NCBI GenBank assembly: GCA_021432655.1
Contig: MU271629.1
Span: 1-37,691 of the forward strand
Direction: 5' to 3'
DNA length: 37,691 nt
Source of the DNA: Atractiella rhizophila
Lineage: Eukaryota
Position 1 is the first letter of the stretch, and the number at the start of each line of letters is the position of its first letter. Made by a program: the position numbers and the translations under genes. The notes under the pieces are model-generated. The model had not been told where the DNA came from. It was given only the letters and a program-made list of their open reading frames with translations, and made no database searches. Positions 1 through 10,729 of the stretch are shown piece after piece.

Positions 1-469
1 CTGGCACAGGAGTCGGAAGGTCCCTGGTTGACGTCTGCGCTGCACCAAGGATCACACAAGCGTCGGGTGGTAACGACGTGGCCAAAATGAATGAATGCTT
101 CGAACCTCTTGTCTGTGAGGTTATGTGGTCTAAAGACAATTCTTCTTGGACCTTCGTAACAAGATCTGCAGAGATTACCGCAATTTGCTGGGGTCTACAA
201 CCCCAACTCAGACTGAACTCCGAAAGCAAAATTTGCGGAGGGACACAAATCCAACCTTCTCCAGTCCTGGACATTCATCCATTGACAGAGGCACGCGAAA
301 TTTTTCACATCATCAATTTCGACCAACTGTCGACACTTTGTTGAGACCCCAATTCAAAGGACGGTTCGCCTTGCCGGAACAGCCGTATCAGGGGAGAGCG
401 GCCTCCGCTTCCACTTTCGATCGCTCAGCCTCCAACCTCCACCTCCGATCAATCATATTCATTGCACTT

Positions 470-475
470 TATAAA
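470..475 (+). promoter_or_regulatory. Putative TATA box of the P450 gene
   Basis: TATAAA about 45 nt upstream of the ATG at 521. Confidence 0.45.
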
Positions 476-520
476 TGTAGGATTGGCATTGGTCGCACAG
501 ACCCAACGACCTTACAAACC

Positions 521-2898
521 ATGACCTCTGCGTTCAACAACGTAGTGTCTACCCAACCAGTGATCTCATTTGCTGTCTTCGGTGCGCTTGTGTACTTTGT
601 GTACCTCTATGTCACCTATCGTGTGATCTCTCCACTTCGACATATCCCAGGACCTTTCCTGTGGAGTATCAGTGAGACTCCCAGGACCGTTGCAAGTGGA
701 TTAGGACGCGCGTGAGCTATTCGCTTTCCATCGTGCTACTGGGCAACTAACATCGGTCCGCAGCGCATTCATCATCCACGACTTCCATAACACCTATGGA
801 GGTTCGTCGGCTCCTTCATTATTGCAACACGTTTTGGTTGACGCTATGCGCTGAAGATGTCGTTCGCATTGGACCCGACACTGTGATTTTCCGAGACAAG
901 GAGGCGATTAAGAAGGTGTATGGAATCGGAGCCAAGTTTAACAAGTCGGTTCGTAATTTTCTTCTGCCTTTCATACATCCCCTGAAACGTCTGCATCCAA
1001 AGGAGTTCTACCTTCCATTGTAAGCAAAACATTGCTCGCATCCCTCCGCTGAACAAAGCGTCTAGTACATTTGACCCTAAAGATTATACAACGTTCGCTA
1101 CTCTCGACAATGCTGCTCATGCACAGCGAAGATCGATGCACAATCGAGCTTGGAATCGGCCAAGCGTGCTTTCTCAACAAGATGTGGTGCAAGTGCGTGC
1201 CTTTCTTCCCGTCTCCCAATAAGCACTGAGATTCTCGCGAACATAGGAAAAGAATAATGCTTTTATCATAAAGATGAGAGAAGTTATTTCCCAGAATGAC
1301 GTAGTTGATCTCGTCAAATGGGTGGGATTTTTGACCCATGATGGTGAGCTGAATTCCTGGGGGATTTAGTGTCCCCTAATAGCATTTCTAGTTGCTGTAA
1401 AAATGACTGCCGGAATCGACTCTTCTTGCGTACAAGCCGGACAACCTGACCGTGTTTTAGATATCTCTGTACTAGGTAGTTCTCTGACATCTCACTTTAC
1501 CTCCTTTGCTGACTTCCCGTAGCGCCAATGGATGCATTTCTAGGCAGCTTTAAAGCGTTATACGTCTGTAGCCGTGCTCTCACCGTCTGGGAAGCTAATT
1601 CTCCGTTTAGGCTGTCTTAAAACTGATCCCTCTCCCACAAGTGACGAAAGTCGTGGGAGCCATGACAAGGGTTGGAGCTGTTGGACATGACATGCTGGCC
1701 GAATACCGAGCAAAGAGCCCTGAGGATCAGGCAGAAGCTCGAACGGTTCATCAAATGATGGAAGATGCTCAGACGCTGTCCTTGAACGATCATGCCATAG
1801 TTGTATGGGCCCAGTTCTTCACCACTTCAATCATAAAGCTAACAATTCAATAGAACGAAATGTTTAGCTTCATTGTTGCAGGAGGAGACACTACAAAAAT
1901 GTGATTTAATATCCAGCGAGACAGGGTCATAAGGCTGAAACATGGACATAGGGCAATCTGTTTCATGTGCCAACAAACTTGGTCTCATCCAGAGTTCAAA
2001 GTCAAGCTCCAGGTAAGTTGCTTTGATGTATTTTTATTCGTACTTATTTATGCTCGGAGTTCAGGAAGAACTCGATGCTGCTATGCCCAATGCTGACGAG
2101 GTACCCTCTTGGGAGGTAGCTTCCAGTCTTCCACTCCTTTCGGCAGCCTGTAAGGAGACCTTGCGCCTTTTCGGTTCTGTCCCTGGTAGGTGCCTCTGCC
2201 GTCGGTTCTGACCGTCGACTGAGTTTACACCTTTGAAGGGATCCTTCCCAGGCGAGGTCAGCCCATATACGGAGATCTTCAGGTCAGTATATAACACATC
2301 TTGATGTGGAGATCCAGGCTCAAGGCAAACTATAGATTGGAAAGTATCATATCCCTGCGGGAACTGAAATTGGATGTCAGCCCTACACTGTCCATCGCGA
2401 CCCTGAAATCTATGGTGAGGACGTGGATGAATGGCGACCGGAGAGATGGCTGGTTCGTAATCTCTTTAACTTGGACAACGTGTTGAAAATTATCTTTTTC
2501 GTGTAGGAAGACAAGGAAAGAGCTGAGGTGATGGGTCGTTGGAACTTCGCTTTTGGTAAGCAACTGAGACCCAAGTGTTAGAACCCCATTCACTTTTTTG
2601 CAGGTCAAGGCCAACGAACATGGTAAGTAGCTCACCAATACAACAACGTGACATGCTCATCATCTGCAGCCTTGGAATATACCTGGCATATTTACAATTT
2701 TACCTTGCTTCCGCAGCTATCATCCGAAACTTCGAAGGTGAGCTCGTTGGCAGTGAAAAGTACAAAAAGCTCGCATCAGAGTACGATGACTACTTTACAG
2801 TACGCCCCTCCTATATTTCCGGAAAGGTTACTGATGAAAACCCTCAGATTCATACTCGCGCAAAGACTATGAACATGCACTTAACCCGGCGCGTTTGA
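521..2898 (+). CDS. Cytochrome P450 monooxygenase, ~18 exons, intact (family not assignable by eye)
   Basis: Manual splicing gives an N-terminal TM anchor plus PLRHIPGP, YGDVVRIGP, I-helix FIVAGGDTT, K-helix KETLR, WRPERW and heme motif FAFGQGQRTCLG. All joins are GT..AG and in frame; stop TGA at 2896-2898. Confidence 0.93.
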
Positions 2899-3037
2899 GC
2901 GGTCACTAGCTGTTATTCGTGTAGTTACAGAGTGCAATCGTACCCTGGATGGTCATTAATTCCAAACAAATTTGCCGCTCTTAATAATAGAGAAGAAGGA
3001 TCTACATTTGAAGTTCCGCTGGAAGGAAAAGCTTCGA

Positions 3038-5590
3038 ATTTCAAGGGACATGCGGCTCGTCGCTGAGCATGTAACAGGGTGCAATCGTCGATGTCCGAAG
3101 CCTGCATGATCGTCAGGAATTGTCAACGGCGGAGAAGTTGCAAACGACATTCTTATCTTTAATCATATTCTGCATGGATGCAGGTGAAGCCGCGGTAGTG
3201 AGCGAAGTTACACAAAGGGGACAGAGCTCTTTGTGCTTCTATGAACGGATTTGCAGGACGCTGCCATGCTTGAAACACAGGTTCGAAGCAGTATTGTGAA
3301 TATCGATCAAAGACGTTCGTGGGCGGACAAAATCTGGAAAGGTCTAGTAACCAGCGGCTTGAGAACGTGTGATCTCCACTGAGATATATGTGCCGGTTTT
3401 GAGGCGGATTTGAGCTCGAACGCGTAAAAGTCTGCCAGGTATCTCCAAGCAGTACTCATCGCTTCAGGATTGATGCATAAGCCGTGAAGATGTCGGAGGC
3501 TCCCAGACGTTATCAAAAGGTGATAAATTCTCCAGGTACCGAATTACCAAGTATCGTAATGACCATATTCGGTCGGCTTGAACCATCCACTCGCTAGCTT
3601 CGTTTTCGACAGTCAAACACCGAAGAAAAGTCAGACATTGACAATCGACAAGAATTGAGATCAAGTCGACACTGATACCATGCGACGGCAGCTCAAGCAC
3701 AACGAGAGAAGAGCGACAGGAAGGAATGATTGAGTGACAAAGCTCCTGATCTATTCCCACTTGGAAACTGTTCAAGGCTAGAGCCTGAAGGACGCCGGGG
3801 GGACACAAGAAGCGATAATGCGGTCGATATTTTCTGCGGAAGAAATATCCATTTGCTGCAGCTGCAGGGGAGCCAGTTGGGAGACGTCGTCCGCCATCTG
3901 AAAGCCATCTAGATTTAATACCTTCAGATCTCGCGATACTCCTAAATGAGGTACCATTTCTTCGAGCGGAACGAAGCCTGAGCCCCAGCCAAGATGCTGA
4001 AGGTAAGCCATTTCATCCTGGGAAGAGGGGGCAAAGACCTATACGATGTGAAGCGGAGAAAAAGTCTTTCAACACCGTGGCAGCCTTTGAGGAGTAGGTC
4101 GAGCTCAATGTGCGAAATGCATTCACTCTCTCCGATATCTAAATCTGCCAGCGTAGCAAAACTTGCGCGTAACACTTGACACCAAGATTTGCACGAGAGC
4201 TTCGTTATAACCAGGGAGCTTAGGTTGCCTTGTAATGAAGAGACATCGGAAATCAAAGCAGGACAGATGATGTAGAGGTGACGAAGGCGAGGGAGCATTC
4301 GCAAGCCCCCAAAAATCCATTGGGCAACCTGGTCTGGAACCTTAGGGTCCTTCAAGACAATGTCGACGACGTGTAAGGAGACACCAAAAGAAGGCACATG
4401 CATCGTTTGCAACAGATCGATGTTCAAGGGAGCGTCGTCAAAGCTTTCTAAAGAAAGTTCCAAAATGCGACACGACTTCAGCTCTTGTAGCAACTCCATG
4501 CATTCAAAAAAATATTTTGAATCATCGGATACAAGGTACCGGATCTTGTTGAGCCTTGCAGGAGACCTCTTCCGCATGTTAGATGCTTGTCTCATCCAGA
4601 TCGGACGATGGAGGACAAGAGCCTCAAAGTTCGCACCAAAGGCCTTGCAAACTGTGCTTAACAAGCAGATATCGCCAAAAGAGGTATCTGGATCGGTCGA
4701 TACATGGAGAAAGATCGCCAATAAAAGCTCAGGAGGTAAGTCGAGAAGCTGCGTTCGCTGATGAGGCTGATGAGTTTCGTTGGGCGTTGACATGTCTAAG
4801 TTTCTGGTGCGCAGTCATCTGCATAAAGCGGTCAGTGACACGAAGTGTAAATCGTGACAAAGAATTCATGATTGATGTCTGCAATGACATAGAAAATAAA
4901 ACAATCAACTGCTCTGCGGCCCTCAGGTCTTCCAGCTAACTAATTCCATCTGGCGAGGCAGTTTGATACTTTCAAATAAAGAAGACCTTCCGCTTGACAG
5001 TAGCCCCTTTGCAGCCCCACGGACAAATTTTGACATTTTGATTCCCATATCCATCGACAACAGGATTGACGTCTAAAGCTTTCTCCAGAAAGCGAAGAGG
5101 CGTTTTAATCTGAGTAATGGATCACAGACACATTGTTCGTAAACCCTCAGCGGACAAGCAGAGAAGCTGTAATCTTGGAAGATCTTTGGGAATCCGATCA
5201 ACCTGTTATCCTATATCAAAAGCCGGGGTATAAGGTGGATCACTCGTCGGCGCTAAGCTGCACTGTTCCTTCAGTGCGATTAGATTGTCGACCACAACCT
5301 CAATCCCAGATTGCCTGCTCTGATGGAAAAGAGACGCACCACTGCCTCTGGGAGGATGAATCTGCACTATCAAAAGCTTGGATGACACCGACGCAGTGGA
5401 CAAATTTCAATTTGAAAACAGGGCCCTGCTGCGGAGTGTGGACAACGTTAACGTCAACACTGGCATTCAGAAACCGTGACCCTGCTCAAACGTTCAAACC
5501 CTTGACAGTTTCGCAAACTGCAATGAATGAGATGATTATTGCCGCAAACTTGTATCGAGGAAATTACAACGCTGATATAGCACAGAGACA
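3038..5590. repeat. Tandem duplication unit A (F-box/LRR gene plus flanks)
   Basis: Colinear similarity to 5893-8540 at an offset of about 2.85-2.95 kb, from aatttca..gacatgcggc..tgtaacagggtgcaatcgtcga to gcaatgaatgaga..gcacagaga. Confidence 0.85.
3307..4793 (-). CDS. F-box / leucine-rich-repeat protein, copy A, intronless, with three 1-nt frameshifts (pseudogene or sequencing error)
   Basis: F-box motif LLDLPPELLLAIFLHV..DICLLSTVCKAF, then recurring LxxLxL units. ORFs 3942-4793, 3778-4011, 3464-3808 and 3307-3516 tile end to end against copy B, with breaks at ~4005, ~3800 and ~3516. Confidence 0.8.
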
Positions 5591-5696
5591 TTAGGTATGA
5601 GAGAAGTTAGGATGAAAAGGAGGAGGAATGCATGTTTCATGAATGGTTATGAGCGAAGCAATGAGAAGATCAAGCGCCACGATACCTGAATATCAA

Positions 5697-5894
5697 TCAC
5701 AGACGATCACTAATGGGTAAACTCAGGAATGAGCCAGGAAGGAGTTGTGGACGCGAAACTACAAGTCTGTTCATCATTGGTGGCAGATTCAAATTCGAAT
5801 GTATATCGTTCCGCTAAGTGTCTCCAAGCAGTACTCGTTGCTTTGGGGTCGACAGTCAAGCCATGCAATGCGGCAGGACCCCTGAAGTTATCAA
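5697..5894 (-). pseudogene. 3'-terminal relic of a third F-box/LRR paralogue
   Basis: Translates (with shifts) to LITSG..LHGLTVDPKATSTAWRHLAERYTFEFESA...FLSLPISDRL*, matching the C-termini of copies A and B (LHGLCVDPEAMSPAWRHLAEIYAFELESA..FQIVSARDRL*). It is cut off exactly where unit B begins. Confidence 0.8.
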
Positions 5895-8540
5895 ATTTCA
5901 GCCGACATGCGGCGCGTACGCTGGGTCTGTAACAGGGTGCAATCGTCGAGGTCAGAAGCCTGAATGATCGTCAGGGATTCTCAACGTCGGAGAAGCTGCG
6001 AATGGCAATCTTATCCTTAATCATAATCTTCATGCGCGTAGTAAGGCGAAGCCGCGGTGTTGATGCGAAGGAGAAACAGAGCTTTCTGTGATGGACGAAT
6101 GTGCAGGAAGCTGCCATGTTTGAAACACAGGTTCAAAGCAGTATTGTGAGTATCGATCAAAGTCGGTCGCGGGCAGACACAATCTGGAATGGTCTAGTAA
6201 CCAGCGGCTTGTGAACGCGGGATTTCCACCGGGATATCTGTGCTCGCTCTGCGGCGGATTCGAGTTCGAATGCGTAAATTTCTGCCAGATGTCTCCAAGC
6301 AGGACTCATTGCTTCTGGGTCGACGCATAAGCCATGAAGATGTTGAAGGATCCTAGAAGTTATCAAAGGAGATAAGTTCTTCAGGTGCCAAATTATCAAG
6401 TACCGTAATGGCAACATCCGGCGTTTTTGAACGATCCATTCGCTAGCTGCATATTCGATGGCCAAACATGAAAGAAAAGCGAGTGATTGACAATCAACAA
6501 GAACTGAAATCAAGTCGACGTTGATACGATACCACGGCAGTTCAAGCACAACTAGAGAAGAGTTACAGGAGGGAATGATTGAATGACAAAGACCATGTTC
6601 TGTTCCCGGGTGAAAACTGCTCAAGACTAAGGTCTGAATGTTGCCTGGCCCAACGCACGAAGCAACTATGCGCTCGGTATTTGCAGAATCAAAAAGTTCC
6701 ATTTGTTGCAAGTGCAACTGAGCCAGTTGGCGTGGAGCATCGTCTGCCATCTGAAAGCCGTATAGATTGAATACTTTCAGATCTTGGGATGCTCCCAAAT
6801 GAGGCACCATTTCTTTGAGCGGAACTAAATCTGAGCCCGGCGCAAGATAACACAGGTAAAGCCATTTCAGCCCAGGAAGAGGGGGCAAAGATCTGTACCA
6901 TGTAAAGCGGAGATTGAGTCTTTCGACACTACGGCAGCCTTTGAGAAGCAAGTCGAGCTCAAAATGCGACATGCATTCGCTCTCTCCAATTTCTAAATCC
7001 ACGAGCGAAGTCAAACTTGCCTGTAGCACGTGGTACCAAGATCTACAAGCGAGCTCCTTTATAACGACGGAACGTAGGCTGCCTTCAAATAAAGAGACGT
7101 TTGAGATCGAAGAGTAAAAGAAGATGTAGAGGTGTCGAAGGTGAGGTAACTTTCGCAGGCCCTCAAAAAGCCATTGTGCCATCTGGGTTGGTACCTCACA
7201 ATCTCTCAAAATAATATCGATAATCTGTAAGGAGACCCCAAACGATGGCAACGGTATCATTTGCGGCAGGTCGATATTCAAGAAATCTTCGTCAACGGTT
7301 TCGAAAAAGACTTCCAAAATTCGACATGATTCCAACTCTGGTACCAGCTTGATGCATTCCACAAAATTTTCGAATCATCGGAGACCAGGTACTGGATTCT
7401 CTTGACCTTGGCAGGAAACCTCTTCCGCAAGTTAGATACTTGTCTCATCCAAATCGGACGATAGAAAACAAGGTCCTCAAAGTTGGCAGCAAATGTCTTG
7501 CAAACTGTGCTTAATATGCAGATATCATGGACAGAGGTGTCGAGATCGTTGGAGACAAGAAGTAAGATTGCCGATAAAATCTCGGGAGGTAGATCGAGAA
7601 GCTGCGTCTGCCGATGAGACCGATGAAGTTCGGTGGTTGTAGACATATGTAAATTCTGGGTGCCCTACCGTGTGCATAAAGCAGTCAGTCGCAGGAATTG
7701 TGAGCAGTGCTGAAAATTATCACAAGCAGAGTGCGACCTTCCATATGAAATTGTGACAGAATTCATGATTCCGGTGAAGCAGCTTGATACATTCAAATAA
7801 CAGCGTCTTCTGGTTGGAAACCGGTATAGTAGCCTCATTTCAGCTCTCACCAACATCCCTGACAATTGATCCCCATATCCATCTACAAACAGACGATGCA
7901 TCGTCACCTTCAGAGAGCGGAAATGTTTAGTATCTACTCGGGGAGGCGTACCTGATCACAGAGACATTGTGCGAGAACTCTCAAGCCATAAGTAGAGAAG
8001 CTTTAATCAGGAGGATCTTCGATAAAGACCTCACTCGGTATCCTGAGCTTGTCACAAACAGAACGCGTCAAGGCTCGAAAAAATACATTAAGGCCAACTT
8101 TTGACTGAATCAAATGCGCCGTTCATGCAGTGCCATTCTGCAGATTGTAGACAACAACCTCAACCCCAGATTTCCCGCTCAAACTGAAAAGGGACGCACC
8201 ACCTCCTCTGTCAGGATGAATCTGCACTATCAAAGCTTCGATGACGATCACTCAAGTTGATGCTGTTTGACAATGACAATGTTCCGAATAGTTGAATATT
8301 TGAAACAGGAACAAGGGAACTGACCCAATGTTTCTACTGCGGAGCAGGTCAAACTGTTTTGTCACAAAAAGTAAAGTTAAGCAAGCCGCCAGCATCATGA
8401 CACATTTGTCGTAGAAAGTAAAAACGCTGACCTTAGAAGTACAATCTCAGACCTCAAATCCTCGACCATTGGGCAATGAATGAGACAATTATTGGTGCAG
8501 TTTGTATGTGAAGCATCAGAACAATAGATGCACAGAGAAA
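5893..8540. repeat. Tandem duplication unit B
   Basis: Homologous to 3038-5590, including non-coding blocks such as the identical 22-mer aggatgaatctgcactatcaaa at 5353-5374 and 8213-8234. Confidence 0.85.
6157..7646 (-). CDS. F-box / leucine-rich-repeat protein, copy B, intronless, one 1-nt frameshift at ~7363-7370
   Basis: LLDLPPEILSAILLLV..DICILSTVCKTF F-box; repeats LRHLYI, LVDLEI, VERLNL, LKWLYL, LKVFNL, LVVLEL, LRYLII. ORFs 7278-7646 and 6157-7362 join once one base is restored in aaaatttt. Confidence 0.82.
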
Positions 8541-8649
8541 CAATTTATTATTCGACATATTATCATCGTAATCCAATTCCAATGCGTCCATCCCCCTTCA
8601 TAGTCAAACAAGTCATTAATCCCTTCAGAGACCCAATTCAAAACTCGTG

Positions 8650-10465
8650 CTACGCAACACTTGCAGTGCTGCCTCGCATGGACGAGGCACGCCTGTTAGC
8701 TCTTTCCGTCTGCTCTCCGATGAACAATCAATATGAGGGAGAGGAAATGAATCAAACAGACCTCATGAATTTGCTTCTCGGACCGCGTCTTATCCAAAGC
8801 CGCAACCATTGCGTTCCGATCAGCCACGACGTCCTTATGATGTGCCACTTTCAACTGCCCAATCCAAACCAGGATCATCAACGTCGCAATCACACTCGTT
8901 GTAGAGAAACAGGAAGGAAAGACAATGGGCACGCACTTCATGGGTCTTTTTACAAGCGTCCAAGCTGGCTGCCGCCTTGTTATGGGCATCTGTAGCCTTG
9001 ATCAAAGCCTTATTGGCCTTGTATTCCTTCTTCACAGCCTTATCTAAGGCCTTCTTCGCTTTTTGCTTCCATCTAAATCCCATGCGTCAGATTCAAATTC
9101 GAAGTGAGAGCGAAAGAGGGTATGTCCGGGAATGGATGCGTACCTTAGCAGCCTTCTGTTTCCACCTTCGTACTCTTGTCCGCTTCCTTCATCGCCATCT
9201 TGAGCGCCTTCTCATCACCCTTAGCTTCCAGACTAAGTTGTTTGTCATACCTATCGACAAAGCCACCAAAAATTAGATTGAATTCCAGGAGATGGTCTAG
9301 GGATGACGAACTTTTTGACCTCCTTCATCTCCTGTTTGACCTTCTTCTTATCATAACTCAACCTCCCATCCTTCTCCGTAACCACGCTCCCCGTCCCCGT
9401 CGTTCCCCCAACGCCCGCCACAGTGCTCTGAGTAGCCGCCGTCCCATTCCCGACGCTCGTGGCTCCCGTCGCGCTCCTACTGTGTGCGGGCGAATCCGAC
9501 ACCTTCTCGCCCGTGACGGCGCCAACGTTCGTAGACTCCCCTTGAGGTGATTGGAGGGGCGTCTCGAAGTGGGCTGACTTCATCGAACCCGAACCGTCTT
9601 TCGTTGCACCACCTGTGTGAGTCGATGAGTGGGTGGGAGGTGGTGCGAAGTCTGTGGAGGCCACCCCGTTCGTTGTCGTTGTGATGGGCTTTTCTGGGCC
9701 GACTGTGGAGGGACCTGAGCCCTAAAGAGTGGGAACGTATCAGTTACGGTCTATCCATGAGATAATGGAGCAGGAAAATGTTCTGACGCGTGACTGTTTC
9801 GACGTGAGGAAGGAGATGGCCATTGCGATAATTCGATCTGAGCATTGGATAACCTCTGCCCTAGCTTTAAAGGAGCAGTTGGGGACGTCGATTTGGGGAA
9901 GCTAAAGGGTGAAATTGGATCGGGAATTTGAGAGTGCATAAAATCGCACTCTCATTTTCTCAATGCAGAATAGCCCGCAACTTCTTCAAAACTTTGGAAA
10001 GCGAGTCAATCCCGAAAACAAAAGTGAGACAAACAATACGACATCTGCGAAACCTCTCGCTCAATTGACCTGGCACAGTACCCAGATTGACATTCAGATG
10101 ATTGCCTTCTCTCACTCCAATATACTGCGAAGGAGGAAACTTTTCCTTCACGCGCTGCGTCTAATGCAAGCCAGAGAAAAATGGCAATATTACACTGGGA
10201 TCCCCAGAGAACTTGCTTGTGGGTATCAAGGAAGTTCTCTAAACAACCCGAACAACTTGCAATGGCCCAATCAAACAAATGAAAGAATGCTCACCGCTTC
10301 GTACGTCGGGACATTCTCCTCCTCCTTTCGATCCTTGAGCGCTTCATCCGCCTTGGAGACACCCGTCCCATTAGAGAGAGTCGACTCTCTCTTCTCTGGG
10401 TTGGATTTGGAGCTGGAGAGGGTTCGGTTCATGAGTTCTGTGTCGTTTGGGAGGGCTGCTGCCAT
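8650..10465 (-). CDS. Low-complexity N-terminus plus Lys/Ala/Glu-rich coiled-coil protein (resembles the basidiomycete 'DNA-binding protein Ncp1'-like family), 6 exons
   Basis: Spliced product MAAALPND..PTYEA|GSGPST..KEVKK|YDKQLSLEAKGDEKALKMAMKEADKSTKVEQKAAK|..AKKALDKAVKKEYKANKALIKATDAHNKAAASLDACKKTHE|LKVAHHKD..IHE|QTERANRRASSMRGSTASVA*. Needs a 1-nt correction at 9159-9161. The family call is from memory of the pattern only. Confidence 0.7.
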
Positions 10466-10729
10466 GCTATTCGAAGGTATTAGATTAATATGCGGTGGTG
10501 GCTTGAATGATGCTACAGTGTGAAAGGATGGCCCTTTTGTAAGTGAGCGGTAGTGAGAATTGGGATGAGGTATGACGTAGTTCAGATCGCCCCACTGTTT
10601 TGGTTCCGCTGGTTAGAAGTTTCTGTCACTCGCTCGTCAACTCTCTTCATTAAACAACTACTCACATCAATGCATTAACTACTCCGACATCGGCGATACC
10701 AACATCAGTCTCTTGATTGACTGCCAACG

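Noticed and set aside
146..520. Long N-terminal extension of the P450 in ORF 146..715
   Set aside because: Starts at a non-ATG codon; the TATA box at 470 and the TM anchor right after ATG 521 fit a normal start.
3333..3378. Possible 46-nt intron (GTGGAG..TTCCAG) that would splice the F-box genes into the +1 frame
   Set aside because: No CTRAY branch point, and A/B differences there are mostly synonymous in the unspliced frame; the stop position is also shared with the third relic.
5133..5594. 153-aa + strand ORF in duplication unit A
   Set aside because: Non-ATG start, no motif, and the homologous stretch in unit B has indels and stops.
521..8540. Secondary-metabolite cluster around the P450
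   Set aside because: No PKS, NRPS, terpene synthase, transporter or other tailoring gene lies next to it within the window; sequence to the left is unseen.
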